A stretch of DNA of 64,000 bases, taken from an uncultured Candidatus Peribacteria bacterium (GTDB lineage: Bacteria > Patescibacteriota > Gracilibacteria > Peribacterales > Peribacteraceae). The stretch lies in assembly GCA_964508225.1 (NCBI GenBank), contig CAZDRX010000001.1:7680-71679 (forward strand), in the 5' to 3' direction. The first letter of the stretch is position 1; the number at the start of each line of letters is the position of its first letter. The notes beneath the pieces were generated by a model that worked only from the letters and a program-made list of their open reading frames with translations, ran no database searches and had not been told where the DNA came from. Below are positions 44,062 through 53,949 of the stretch, in pieces. The translations under genes and the position numbers were made by a program.

Positions 44062-44712
44062 ATGGATACGCAGTTCATCGAACACGACTGGTTCAGCCAG
44101 CACATTCCGGTCTGGGAGAACCTCCTCGGCTATCTGAAGCACGCACCCGGACTCCGGGGCCTCGAGATCGGATCGTTCGAAGGCCGGAGTGCAACCTGGA
44201 TGCTGCAGAACCTCTTCACGCATCCCACATCCGAGCTCACCTGCGTCGACACCTTCGAATACAACGCGGGTTTCGAGAACATCACGAGGACGATGATGCT
44301 GAAGATGCCTGCGCAGATGGATCTGGAAGGCCGGTTCGACGCGAATATGAAGGCGATCGGTGCAGGAAAACGTGTCCGGAAGATCAAGGGGAGCTCGCGC
44401 GATGTGCTCCGCACGCTCCCGGTCGGAACCTTCGACTTCATCTACATCGACGGATCCCATACGACGCCGGACGTGCTGGCGGATGCGGTGCTGTCATTCG
44501 ATCTGCTGAAGAAGAACGGCGTTCTCGTCTTCGACGACTACCGGTGGAACTGTTTCCCTGATGAGCCGCTGCGCAATCCCACGAAAGGAATCGATGCTTT
44601 TCTCGAATGTTATGAGCAAGAGATCGTCGTGTTCTGCAAAGAACACCAGGTCTTCCTCCGCCGGATATCGGATGCGGGAGGACCATCGCCCGAGCCCGAA
44701 CATTTCACATGA
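44062..44712 (+). CDS. class I SAM-dependent methyltransferase (Methyltransf_24-like)
   Basis: 'GLEIGSFEGRSATW', 'FIYIDGSHTTPDVLAD', 'GVLVFDDY'. Confidence 0.75.
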   Translation: MDTQFIEHDWFSQHIPVWENLLGYLKHAPGLRGLEIGSFEGRSATWMLQNLFTHPTSELTCVDTFEYNAGFENITRTMMLKMPAQMDLEGRFDANMKAIGAGKRVRKIKGSSRDVLRTLPVGTFDFIYIDGSHTTPDVLADAVLSFDLLKKNGVLVFDDYRWNCFPDEPLRNPTKGIDAFLECYEQEIVVFCKEHQVFLRRISDAGGPSPEPEHFT

Positions 44713-45686
44713 AGATCCATCTCCTCTGCTGGGCAAGGAACGAAGCGGACGTTCTCGAAGCGCACGTGCGTCACCATACACGGTTCGCACACGCGTTCAC
44801 GTACGTCCTCCACCGCTGCCGGGATAATTCGGCCGATATTCTCACACGGCTCGCAGCGGAAGGATTGCCCGTAACGTTCCGCACGGATGAACGGCTGCTG
44901 CATGCACAGAATGATGTGATGACGCAGCTCATGAAGGAGGCACTCGCGGAGGGCGCGGACTGGATTCTGCCGGTCGATGCAGACGAATTCGTGCAAGGAG
45001 ACGTGTCACGCGCGCTTGCGCAGGCGACGGGAACCCTTCCTCTCCGGATGCCGTGGAGAGGATACGTGCCTCTCGGCAGTGACCCGCAGGCGGAACCGTG
45101 CGTGCTGAGGCGGATCACGCACCGGAGATCCACGGAGAAGCCCGTGTGGTACAAGGTGATCATTCCGAAGAGTGTCGCAACGGAAAAGGCTGAGACGGCG
45201 ATCACGTTCGGCAATCACAGCGTGCGTCAAAACGGCATGATTCTCACGCCGGAGGAAACGTCCCTGACCATCGCGCATTTTCCGGTGCGATCCGAACGGC
45301 AGCTGCGCCGGAAGATGTACGGCAGCTGGCTCTCGCACCTTGCAGATCCTGAGCGGCCGGCAGGAGGATCGTTCCAGTGGGAGGCGGCATACCGCGATCT
45401 GAAAAATCAGGGCGTGATCGCATCCGAGACACTGACGAAGCTCGCAGTGGAGTACGCGGGCATACAGCAATGGGTATCGCTGCCCGAATCGTCCAAAGTG
45501 AATGCGTACATCGATCCGCCCTGCATTGATCCGAAACCCCAATCGGTCATCCACGATCCGGTGCCGTGCGATTTTGATCTCCGGTACGGGATTCTCGAAG
45601 CCGACCCCGTCTCTGTGCTCATGGAAACCGCGGAAGCGGTGGCGACGGATCATGCGCTGCTCGCCCGGCGCGTCAGAGAGGCCTGA
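44709..45686 (+). CDS. GT2-like glycosyltransferase (Glyco_tranf_2_4-type)
   Basis: ATGA overlap with the methyltransferase gene. 'CWARNEADVLEAHVRHH' and 'LPVDADEF' (DxD). Confidence 0.65.
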   Translation: MKIHLLCWARNEADVLEAHVRHHTRFAHAFTYVLHRCRDNSADILTRLAAEGLPVTFRTDERLLHAQNDVMTQLMKEALAEGADWILPVDADEFVQGDVSRALAQATGTLPLRMPWRGYVPLGSDPQAEPCVLRRITHRRSTEKPVWYKVIIPKSVATEKAETAITFGNHSVRQNGMILTPEETSLTIAHFPVRSERQLRRKMYGSWLSHLADPERPAGGSFQWEAAYRDLKNQGVIASETLTKLAVEYAGIQQWVSLPESSKVNAYIDPPCIDPKPQSVIHDPVPCDFDLRYGILEADPVSVLMETAEAVATDHALLARRVREA

Positions 45687-46497
45687 GCTTCCGGAGCCGT
45701 TGCAGGAGATGCATTCTCGTACGGAAGAAGGACTCTGTCCTGAAGACCGCAATGCCATCCGCTCCCGCACTGGGGCAGACGCAGACCGTGCCAAGACAGT
45801 GTGTCTTCGGCTTTCCGGCTCCCGCATGGCTCAGCACCATGTCATCCCAAACGCTCAGGTTCCACATGGGATCGCCGGGGACAATACCCAGGGATTCGGC
45901 AAGGCGGAAGAATCCGGCCGCATGTTCGCGGGTGACGGCATAGACACAGTTGAGGATCTCAAGCCGTCCTTCATGATCGCGCACGTTGTGGTGCACCCGA
46001 TCCATCCACGCATCGTAGATCTGTCCGATGACACCATGCGGCACGTCCGGCTCCGCCTTGAGTTTGCGGAGCAACCGGTCGATCTGCACCGGCGTGAGGA
46101 AGACGTCATCGTCAACAAAGAGGAAGTACGGGGCGCCGTCCGCAAGAGCGAGGGAGAAGCGTAGATGTGTGGGACGGTCGATCACCTGCTGAACGACCTG
46201 CACGCGCGGATCACCGAGACCGAGACCTGCGGGAAACGACGTACGGCTGTTGTTGTTGGAAACAAGAACGCGCCCGATCTGCGGAACCCGGAGGAGAGAG
46301 CGGACAATCGGGACGATATTCTGCGGACGACGGTAGGCGAGGAGAATCGCAGTGACATCTGCGGAGCCTTGAGGGACAACGGTCTCGGCACGTGCACGCT
46401 TCTGCCACCTGCGGAATTCGTTGAACCAGCGGACGCGCGCGGAAAACGGGAGCGTTGTTGCTGCGAGAAACACGGAGATTGCATCGGTCATCGGCAT
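45673..46497 (-). CDS. glycosyltransferase-like protein (GT-A fold)
   Basis: 'VTAILLAYRRPQNIVPIV' and 'FLFVDDDVF' (DxD). Start at 46497, 46491 or 46557. Confidence 0.55.
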   Translation of the reverse strand: MPMTDAISVFLAATTLPFSARVRWFNEFRRWQKRARAETVVPQGSADVTAILLAYRRPQNIVPIVRSLLRVPQIGRVLVSNNNSRTSFPAGLGLGDPRVQVVQQVIDRPTHLRFSLALADGAPYFLFVDDDVFLTPVQIDRLLRKLKAEPDVPHGVIGQIYDAWMDRVHHNVRDHEGRLEILNCVYAVTREHAAGFFRLAESLGIVPGDPMWNLSVWDDMVLSHAGAGKPKTHCLGTVCVCPSAGADGIAVFRTESFFRTRMHLLQRLRKLRPL

Positions 46498-46534
46498 CGA
46501 TCCGACACTACCACAGAGCGATGCCCGGAGGCAG

Positions 46535-47749
46535 TTATCTGCCCGGGACAGCCTCATCGAAGCGCTTCTGCACCTCCGCCTTGAGCGTGGAGTCGCCGGA
46601 AGCGAAGACCATGTCGTTCATCGTCGTGACCGTCTTGCTGAGCTGATCGATGACGTCTCCCACGCGGGAACAGTCGCGGCCCTGTGAGCACTTGAGCGAG
46701 ACGTCGGCGTAGAACGCGAGCGTCTGATCGTGCATGGAACGCAGGTTCATCGTGGAGTAACCGGCATCGTCGAGTGCACTGAAGGCCGCAGGGACACCCT
46801 TGATGATGCGATGGGCATCGGCAAGGAGCTCGGCTGCCGTCGGGGCATTCTTGGTGTCCGAAGTGATGCCGTGCGCCGTGACGAAACCATGCACCTCTTT
46901 CACGAGGGCTCCGAACGTGGAGGTATCCGTGGCAATCTCCTGGCGTGAGGAGGCATGATTGGCCTTCGAGAGGAGCCTCTGGGCCTCGGCAATCTTGGCG
47001 ACGAAATACTCCTTCTCGGTATCCGTAACGGAGTCGAGATCCTTGAGCATGCCGAGACGGTTCACGACATCGGATGCAAGCCGGACGACGGATGCCTTCT
47101 GATTACTGACGACATCGGCATCGAATCTGGTGCGCAGGATATTGAGCACCGTCGCTTCCTCTCCCGGAATATACGGAGCCGTGTCACGGACAACCGCACG
47201 GATCTGCTCGGGAAGATCGGCAGGATCAGACTTGAGGGCAGCCTCCTTCTGGTTGGTGGCGCAGGAATCCGCTTCGGTCGTGAGCGCTCCGTTGACATCG
47301 AAACACTGGGCGACTTCCGTCGCGGAACGTGCAACAGATGATGCGACGACAGCAATGTCGCCGGCTGCGCCGTGGAGACTGGACTGCTCCCACTGCCAAC
47401 CGTCACGCCACACCCAGATCCACCCGTTCTCGTACGTCTCTTCGACAATATCAAGCTGCCAGCCCTTCTCCGGAGACCACTTCCAGCGGTGGCGGGTATT
47501 GTCCTTGGGCGCACGGAAGAGCGTCGTGGTATCGGAATCCGTGCCCGAAGCATCGCCGCCGCCCAAGTTGTAATCGCTCAGAGGAGTTCGTGAGGCACCA
47601 CCGCCACCGTCTCCACCACCCAAAGACGGATCGGCAAAAACACGGCTGTTCGCGGAATACAGCGTGAGAACAACCGGAATGATGACCAGAGTGGCCTGCG
47701 TGATCACCTTCACGGCATGGGTGAAACGGGGCGATGAGGACGTATTCAT
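46535..47749 (-). CDS. secreted or anchored hypothetical protein, Gly-rich and Trp-rich N-terminal region
   Basis: 'VITQATLVIIPVVLTLYSANSRVFA', then 'GGGDGGGG' and 'RHRWKWSPEKGWQ...NGWIWVWRDGWQWEQ'. Helical C-terminal half. Start 47749 or 47797. Confidence 0.55.
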   Translation of the reverse strand: MNTSSSPRFTHAVKVITQATLVIIPVVLTLYSANSRVFADPSLGGGDGGGGASRTPLSDYNLGGGDASGTDSDTTTLFRAPKDNTRHRWKWSPEKGWQLDIVEETYENGWIWVWRDGWQWEQSSLHGAAGDIAVVASSVARSATEVAQCFDVNGALTTEADSCATNQKEAALKSDPADLPEQIRAVVRDTAPYIPGEEATVLNILRTRFDADVVSNQKASVVRLASDVVNRLGMLKDLDSVTDTEKEYFVAKIAEAQRLLSKANHASSRQEIATDTSTFGALVKEVHGFVTAHGITSDTKNAPTAAELLADAHRIIKGVPAAFSALDDAGYSTMNLRSMHDQTLAFYADVSLKCSQGRDCSRVGDVIDQLSKTVTTMNDMVFASGDSTLKAEVQKRFDEAVPGR

Positions 47750-47864
47750 GGGTGTGATTGGTGTGGATGTAACTTCTACATTATACAATACTTTCATGAA
47801 AAGTGCCAACATGCAGAAAATGGCTTCTGCTGGTATACTATCCTGATTGCTCTCTACACAAAAA

Positions 47865-49883
47865 ATGACCAACGGGCGTGACGTTTCCACGAGACATCTT
47901 TCGTGGGTGGTCCTGCTCGTCCTCGCGATGGCGCCGATCGCTCTCATGAGCATCTACAGTGAACAGATCGCCTCATCGTCTGTCCGTGAACTCATCCGTG
48001 CGGAAGATCTCTCGCAGACAGGCAACGTGGCGATTCTGCTACAGCAGGACATGAGCAAGACCGTCGCGCTCGCGGAAGCCTTCGCCGGAGCGGAAGGAAC
48101 GATGAGACTGCTCGATGCCGAGGATGTTCTCGGCATTGTGACACGCCTGAAGGGTCTCACCCTCGCATTCCCTGCGCTCGAGAGCGCCGCCATTGCGGAC
48201 GGAAAAGGATCCATTGCATACCGCTATCCCACAGCCACAGCAGACGGAAGCGTGTCGAAACCGTTCATCGCATCCATTCTGGAGAGCACACGTCCGGGCA
48301 TTTCCGCCTCGATGAAAGGCATGAACGAATCGATCGTGATGGTGGGCGCACCGGTCGGCGGAAGCGGAGGCAACGTGCGCGGCGTGGTCGCGCTCGCCTA
48401 CCGCACGGCACAGATCGAGCGGTGGCTCCGGAATATCGAACTTTCCGAAGGCGGTTCACTCTTCGTCCTCGATCAGCGCGGCATCGTCATGGCGAGGAGC
48501 GGACTGAATCCGGTGCAGCCCGGCCAGTCGTACGCCGAAGTCCCCGAGGTGCAGCGCGGCCTCAACGGCACATTCACAGCGTCGGAATTCTTCGATCCTT
48601 ACCTCCCCGGCGCCGTCGTGGCCACCATCGTACCGGTCTCGGTCGGTCGGAGTACGTGGGTGATCGTGGCGGAAAAGACCGTCTCGAGTGCCTACCGTGA
48701 CCTCGAACGCGTGCGCTTCAACATCGGCGTGGCGGGAGGAGCGCTCACGCTTGTGACACTCCTCATGATCATCACGATCGCACGGATCCAGAGCCGCAAC
48801 GCGCGTCTCGCCCGTGAGCTCGAGGAGAAGAACCTCCGCCTCAGCGAGGCAGCGGCCATCGTCCAGACGAGCAACGACGCAATCGTCGGCTTCGGACGCG
48901 ACGGGCGTATCCGCACGTGGAATGCGGCGGCAGAGAAGATGTACGGCTATGCGTCCGCGGACATTCTCGGCGAATCTGTGAAGCAGATTATCCCGAAAGA
49001 GAAGACAGACGAATTCGCGACGCTGCTCTCGAGTGTCACCGGCGGACAGACGATCCAGAACATCGAGACCGTCCGCATGAAGAAGGACGGAACGCTCGTG
49101 CCCGTGTCCATCACGCTCTCCCCCATCCGCGCGGAGGACGGCAGCGTGGCCGCCGTGTCCTCCATCGACCGTGACATCACCGAACGCAGGAAGATCGAGC
49201 AGATGAAGGACGACTTCATCTCGTTCGTCAGTCACCAGCTCAAAGCCCCCGTAACCGCGATGCGATGGACGCTCGAGAATATTTCGGATGGCGACTACGG
49301 CCCTGTCCCCGAAGCAATCAAAGAGCCCCTGGAGTCTCTCCGCGGTGTGAACGCCCAGAACTTCCAGCTCATCAACGATATTCTGAATGCGTCCCGCATC
49401 GACCGCGGCGTCATCGCCGTCGAGACAAAACCGGTGAAGATGAAGGACGTGATCGACCGTGCGCTGCGCGATTACCGTCCGGCGATCGAGAAAGCGGGGC
49501 TCACGCTCACGATCATCCTCGGCAATGACGATCTCACGGTCGAGGTCGACCTCGAGAAGATGGCGGAAGCCGTGACGAACAGTCTGAGTAACGCCATCAA
49601 ACACACGAAGACCGGCGGCCTCACCGTGCGCAACTACCGCGACGGCGACTTCGGCTGCATCGATGTGAGCGACACGGGAGAGGGCATGCCGCAGGCGATC
49701 ATCGACAAACTCTTCACGCGCACGGGCGTCCTCGGAACCAACACGGTGGCGGAGAAGAGCGCCGGCCTCGGGCTCTACATCGCCAAGCACTTCATGGAGC
49801 TGCAGGGAGGCGATATCCGCGTGACGTCCACTCTCGGGAAAGGCACGACATTCACGTACCGCGTCCCGCTGGCGAAGAGTTGA
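47865..49883 (+). CDS. sensor histidine kinase (Cache-like periplasmic domain, PAS, HisKA, HATPase_c)
   Basis: Two TM segments flank about 270 aa. PAS 'NDAIVGFGRDGRIRTWNAAAEKMYGY', H-box 'FVSHQLKAP', G-boxes 'DTGEGM' and 'GLGLYIAK'. TTG at 47847 is an alternative start. Confidence 0.9.
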   Translation: MTNGRDVSTRHLSWVVLLVLAMAPIALMSIYSEQIASSSVRELIRAEDLSQTGNVAILLQQDMSKTVALAEAFAGAEGTMRLLDAEDVLGIVTRLKGLTLAFPALESAAIADGKGSIAYRYPTATADGSVSKPFIASILESTRPGISASMKGMNESIVMVGAPVGGSGGNVRGVVALAYRTAQIERWLRNIELSEGGSLFVLDQRGIVMARSGLNPVQPGQSYAEVPEVQRGLNGTFTASEFFDPYLPGAVVATIVPVSVGRSTWVIVAEKTVSSAYRDLERVRFNIGVAGGALTLVTLLMIITIARIQSRNARLARELEEKNLRLSEAAAIVQTSNDAIVGFGRDGRIRTWNAAAEKMYGYASADILGESVKQIIPKEKTDEFATLLSSVTGGQTIQNIETVRMKKDGTLVPVSITLSPIRAEDGSVAAVSSIDRDITERRKIEQMKDDFISFVSHQLKAPVTAMRWTLENISDGDYGPVPEAIKEPLESLRGVNAQNFQLINDILNASRIDRGVIAVETKPVKMKDVIDRALRDYRPAIEKAGLTLTIILGNDDLTVEVDLEKMAEAVTNSLSNAIKHTKTGGLTVRNYRDGDFGCIDVSDTGEGMPQAIIDKLFTRTGVLGTNTVAEKSAGLGLYIAKHFMELQGGDIRVTSTLGKGTTFTYRVPLAKS

Positions 49884-49907
49884 ATATAATCGATAATTAT
49901 TGTATAA
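49879..49907 (+). promoter_or_regulatory. consensus-like promoter of the SLH gene
   Basis: TTGAAT-17 nt-(TG)TATAAT, 31 nt upstream of the ATG at 49939. Confidence 0.55.
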
Positions 49908-49938
49908 TAGGAAAGAACATCCACATCCCAACACCCCT

Positions 49939-50718
49939 ATGAATACCCAGAAGAAGTCTGCATCTGTTCTCTCGGGCGCACTCGCTCTCGTGATGTTCGC
50001 CGGAAGCGCCGTCGCTTTCTACGATGAAATGGCGAGCCTGAAGAACGAGCTCAAACTGTACGAAACGGCTCACGCCTCGGACTTCTCGGATGTCATCGAC
50101 CAGCTCGGTGAGATCACGGGCTCCGTCTTCGCGGATGTAAAGGATCAGGACTGGTTTCAGCCGTACGTGACGTCTCTCGCCGAGTGGCAGATCGTCTCAG
50201 GTTACCGCGGCAATGACGGCAAGCTCACGGGTGAATTCAAGCCTGCCAATTCCGTGACGATCGCCGAAGCACTCAAGATGACGATGGAAGCCGCGAAGAT
50301 CGATGTGCAGTCCTGCATCGGCACACCGAAGCACAAGGCAGCCACGGGCCACTGGGCTCTCCCGTACGTCATCTGCGGCGAGCGCATGGATCTGCGGATC
50401 CTGACGGCGGATGCGATCGATCTGAACCGCAAGGCCACGCGCGCCGAAGTGGTGGGCATGGTGCTTGATGTCTTCGGAGACAACGTACCGTCACTCCTGT
50501 CGGGTTACCGCGACGTCGCACGCTCGCCGTACGAGTCCGATATCGCCTACGCATCGACGCTCGGCATCGTGAGCGGCGACAAGGATGCATCCGGAAAACT
50601 CACGGGCACCTTCCGTCCGAGCATGGCGATCAACCGCGCCGAAGTGGCGAAGATCGTCTATGAGCGCCTCAAGATCGAAGCCCGCAGGACGCTCGCCGAG
50701 AAGCAGACCGGTGTCTAG
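49939..50718 (+). CDS. S-layer homology (SLH) domain protein
   Basis: Signal/TM, then SLH-like repeats 'FADVKDQDWFQPYVTSLAEWQIVSGY...FKPANSVTIAEALKM' and 'YRDVARSPYESDIAYASTLGIVSG...FRPSMAINRAEVAKI'. Confidence 0.75.
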   Translation: MNTQKKSASVLSGALALVMFAGSAVAFYDEMASLKNELKLYETAHASDFSDVIDQLGEITGSVFADVKDQDWFQPYVTSLAEWQIVSGYRGNDGKLTGEFKPANSVTIAEALKMTMEAAKIDVQSCIGTPKHKAATGHWALPYVICGERMDLRILTADAIDLNRKATRAEVVGMVLDVFGDNVPSLLSGYRDVARSPYESDIAYASTLGIVSGDKDASGKLTGTFRPSMAINRAEVAKIVYERLKIEARRTLAEKQTGV

Positions 50719-50731
50719 GCCGGACAATCAA

Positions 50732-50808
50732 TGGTGGACGATCTCGGGATCGAACCGAGGACCTTGCGAATGTGAATCGCACGCTCTAACCAGCTGAGCT
50801 AATCGTCC
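50732..50808 (-). tRNA. tRNA-Val (anticodon CAC), CCA encoded
   Basis: Anticodon arm TGCGA-TTCACAT-TCGCA, T-arm CTCGGTTCGATCCCGAG, 77 nt. Confidence 0.9.
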
Positions 50809-50903
50809 GAAGTTGTGAAGGAAATCTGCCGGAAGCCTTTTGGAGAGCCGTACGATACGGGGTTCGGTTTCGCGTCGCAAGTTGCTACACTCTCCCGGAC
50901 TCC

Positions 50904-51743
50904 ATGCAGACCGCTCCCGACATCGCCGCAATCCTGACGAGCAACGCTATCCGGACGGATCGGGGCTCCATCCCCGAGAACATTCACTTCGAACTCGAGT
51001 CGCTCGAAGCACTCAACGTCTCCGAGGAGACGCATTTCTGGCCGCTCATCCGCCAGACCCTCGTCACGAGCCTCATCGGACGGTATACCAAGACGCCATG
51101 CAGCTTCCTCGATGTGGGCTGCGGCAACGGAGGGCTCCTCCGGCACGTGGAAAAGACATTCCCGGGCTCGACCGTGGCAGGCATGGACGGCTACCTCGAA
51201 GCACTCGTGAACTGCCGTCGCAGGAACTCTTCCTCGCATCTGTTTCTGCAGGACATCACGAAGTCTCCGTGGATGGAGACGGGTGAATCGTACGACGTCA
51301 TCTCCTTCATGGATGTCCTCGAGCACCTTGACCATCCGGAAATCGCCCTGCACGAAACCGCGAAGATCCTGAAGAAAGACGGCGTCATCATCGTGTCACT
51401 CCCCGCCCGCCACGAGCTCTGGAGCAAGCGCGATACCTTCCTCGGACACCGCCTCAGGTACGACTATCGCGATCTGCGCACGCTCATGGAGAAAAGCGGG
51501 TACGAGATCCTGCACATGAACTACCTGTTCTCCTACCTCTACATCCCGATGTGGATCAACCGTCAGGTGATCGCGCCCATCTTCAGGATTCCGGATGATC
51601 AGGTGGAACAGAATGAGTTCCGGATCGTACCGCTGCTCAATCGCATCGTGACGTGGATCGGAAAACTGGAAGTGATGTTTGCAGCAATCCTCCCGGTGCC
51701 CCTCGGAACTTCGCTCTACTGTGTGGCACGGCGAAAAGCCTAA
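50904..51743 (+). CDS. class I SAM-dependent methyltransferase
   Basis: 'FLDVGCGNGGLL' (motif I) and 'YDVISFMDVLEHLDHP'. Confidence 0.85.
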   Translation: MQTAPDIAAILTSNAIRTDRGSIPENIHFELESLEALNVSEETHFWPLIRQTLVTSLIGRYTKTPCSFLDVGCGNGGLLRHVEKTFPGSTVAGMDGYLEALVNCRRRNSSSHLFLQDITKSPWMETGESYDVISFMDVLEHLDHPEIALHETAKILKKDGVIIVSLPARHELWSKRDTFLGHRLRYDYRDLRTLMEKSGYEILHMNYLFSYLYIPMWINRQVIAPIFRIPDDQVEQNEFRIVPLLNRIVTWIGKLEVMFAAILPVPLGTSLYCVARRKA

Positions 51744-53443
51744 CGCACGGACCAGAGACTCCACCCGGGGCCTTTCACGACGGACGTGAAGAGCTTCTGA
51801 TTGATCCTCCACTCGGGATGATTGCGTTCGTCCCACGCGAGCCGGGTGACACCGTATTTCTTGAGTGCCTCCTTCTCATGCGCACTGACCCACACGCAGG
51901 CGTCTTTCGTGAGGGCGAGATCTTTCTCGAGCACAGCCTGCGTACCGGCACGTCCCGCGGCACTGAGTTCGCGGATGTCATACGCCAGCCACTCCGTATC
52001 CGGCGGGATACCCTTCAGAATCTCGGTGAGACAGTATCGCTCGGCGAGTTCCCGATCGGAAATGAGGACATGGCGGAGGAACGGTGTGAAGACGACGTCG
52101 TGCTGGGTCGCGTTGCCGATGATGAGTGATGTCTCACGGTCCGTGAGCACGGTTTCGTGTGCGGGATCCGCCGTGAGGGAAGCGAGCATGCCGGAAAGAT
52201 GCTGGTACTGCGTGTACTGCGGAAGCGGCGCGTTGAACGATCCCCTGCCTTTGTAGTCGTTGAACGCTCCGATGAGAAACACACACGCTGCCATAGCAGT
52301 GCAGTACTCGAGGATGCCGCGACGCGACTGCGAGACGATGACGGCGAGGAGCAGCACCGAGACCGCACAGACGTACGGGTAGTAGTGCGTCCAGTAGGAG
52401 AGCACCAGTCCGTGGATGAACTGCTGGTGGAGGACGACGAAGAGCGCGAGGACGAGCGCAAGCGCAGGGATTGCACGCTTCCATTCGGTACTCCGGAGCA
52501 CCCAGAGCACCGTGGATGCCGTGAGAATGAGGAGCACGAGACTGCGGCGCGCGGATTCGAGCTCACGCGCGGCGATGAGCGAACTGCGGATACCGGCTTC
52601 GGCCGCTGCGGGATGATGTGCGTTCAGCCACAGCAGGGTGAAGAACGGGAGTGCGGTCAGGAGCGCGATGATGCCGGCACCGAATGCATGGAAGAGCATC
52701 GACTGCACGACTCTCGGCTCACGGTGTGCGAAGCGCTCGACAACTCCGAGTACGACCAGAATGCCGAAGACGGCCCAGAGATACGTCCACGCCCAGAAGT
52801 AGATACCGGGCACGAGACCGAGGAGGATACCGAGCGAGATCGTCCTGCCCCGCGACGGCTCTCTCCACCACGAAAGCATGAGAAGAAGCGTGCCGAGCAT
52901 GTACGGCAGGCTCCACGACTGATGGATGACCCTGCGGAGCGGCCCGAAGAGCAGGAAGAAATAGAGGAAGGCAAAGAGGAGCGCAACGCGTCGCGAGGAG
53001 CCGAGTCGGACGGCGAGGAGCCCGATGAAGACGGTGACGAGCGGCGACAGAAGCACGGAAAGGAGAACCGTAATCGCCGTGGCACTGAAGCCCGTCCACG
53101 CAAACAGACTGCCCGCGAGCGTCTCGAAGAGGGTCATCTGGAGTCCGCGGGGGGCATCCGGGCCTGTCGTGACGGCATTCGAGACATCCGTCCATGGATG
53201 CGTCATCGCATCCTGTACACGCATGATGTACTGCGATTCGTCCCCTCCTTTGAAGTAGACCCCCTCGTATCCGGAAGCGACGATCGTGCGCAGCGGCTGC
53301 ATCGCGAGCGCGAAGACGCCCGTGACGTAGAGGAAAAGGAGAGCCAGTGTGAATCGGTCGATCTGCTTCTGCACGGCGAGTAGTCTCACCCGAAGACGGA
53401 TCGGATGCAACGGACTCCACACGAACGCCGCAGCGCTGTACAA
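51740..53443 (-). CDS. large polytopic membrane protein (possible glycan/envelope biogenesis)
   Basis: More than 10 TM segments plus a soluble C-terminal domain of about 170 aa. The track start at 53443 is TTG and the true start is uncertain. No family recognised. Confidence 0.55.
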   Translation of the reverse strand: MYSAAAFVWSPLHPIRLRVRLLAVQKQIDRFTLALLFLYVTGVFALAMQPLRTIVASGYEGVYFKGGDESQYIMRVQDAMTHPWTDVSNAVTTGPDAPRGLQMTLFETLAGSLFAWTGFSATAITVLLSVLLSPLVTVFIGLLAVRLGSSRRVALLFAFLYFFLLFGPLRRVIHQSWSLPYMLGTLLLMLSWWREPSRGRTISLGILLGLVPGIYFWAWTYLWAVFGILVVLGVVERFAHREPRVVQSMLFHAFGAGIIALLTALPFFTLLWLNAHHPAAAEAGIRSSLIAARELESARRSLVLLILTASTVLWVLRSTEWKRAIPALALVLALFVVLHQQFIHGLVLSYWTHYYPYVCAVSVLLLAVIVSQSRRGILEYCTAMAACVFLIGAFNDYKGRGSFNAPLPQYTQYQHLSGMLASLTADPAHETVLTDRETSLIIGNATQHDVVFTPFLRHVLISDRELAERYCLTEILKGIPPDTEWLAYDIRELSAAGRAGTQAVLEKDLALTKDACVWVSAHEKEALKKYGVTRLAWDERNHPEWRINQKLFTSVVKGPGWSLWSVR

Positions 53444-53451
53444 TCCATTCC

Positions 53452-53949
53452 ATGATCCGGACGCTCACCATCGTCTACTCCTCGGCAACGGGTCACACGG
53501 AATTCGTCATCGATGCAGTGGAAGCCGCACTCAAGGGAACCGCTGACCTGCGGATCGTCCGTCAGAAAGCCGAAACCACGCAACCCGAAGATCTCCTGAA
53601 GGGCGATGTTCTGCTGCTCGCGTGCGGTTCGTGGAACACGGGCGGCGCGGAGGGGCAGCTGAGTCCGTACATGCACGATCTCCTCACGGGACGCGCCAAA
53701 GATGCCGAACTGAAAGGACAATCTGCAGCTGCCATCGGCCTTGGCGACGAACGGTACTACTTCACAGCGCGCGCCGCCGACAAGCTCACGGAGTACCTCC
53801 AGTCACGCGGTGCAAAATTGCTCCTGCCGACACTGAAGATCGTGAATGATCCCTTCGACCAGACGAAGAAAATCGATGCATGGGCGAAGGAATTCACGGG
53901 CAAGATCAATGCCCTCCCCGCTCCGGTCGCTTCCCCGAAGAAGAAATGA
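53452..53949 (+). CDS. flavodoxin
   Basis: 'IVYSSATGHTE' FMN-phosphate loop, 'LLACGSWNTGG', 'IGLGDERY'. TACAAT lies 7 nt upstream of the ATG. Confidence 0.85.
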   Translation: MIRTLTIVYSSATGHTEFVIDAVEAALKGTADLRIVRQKAETTQPEDLLKGDVLLLACGSWNTGGAEGQLSPYMHDLLTGRAKDAELKGQSAAAIGLGDERYYFTARAADKLTEYLQSRGAKLLLPTLKIVNDPFDQTKKIDAWAKEFTGKINALPAPVASPKKK

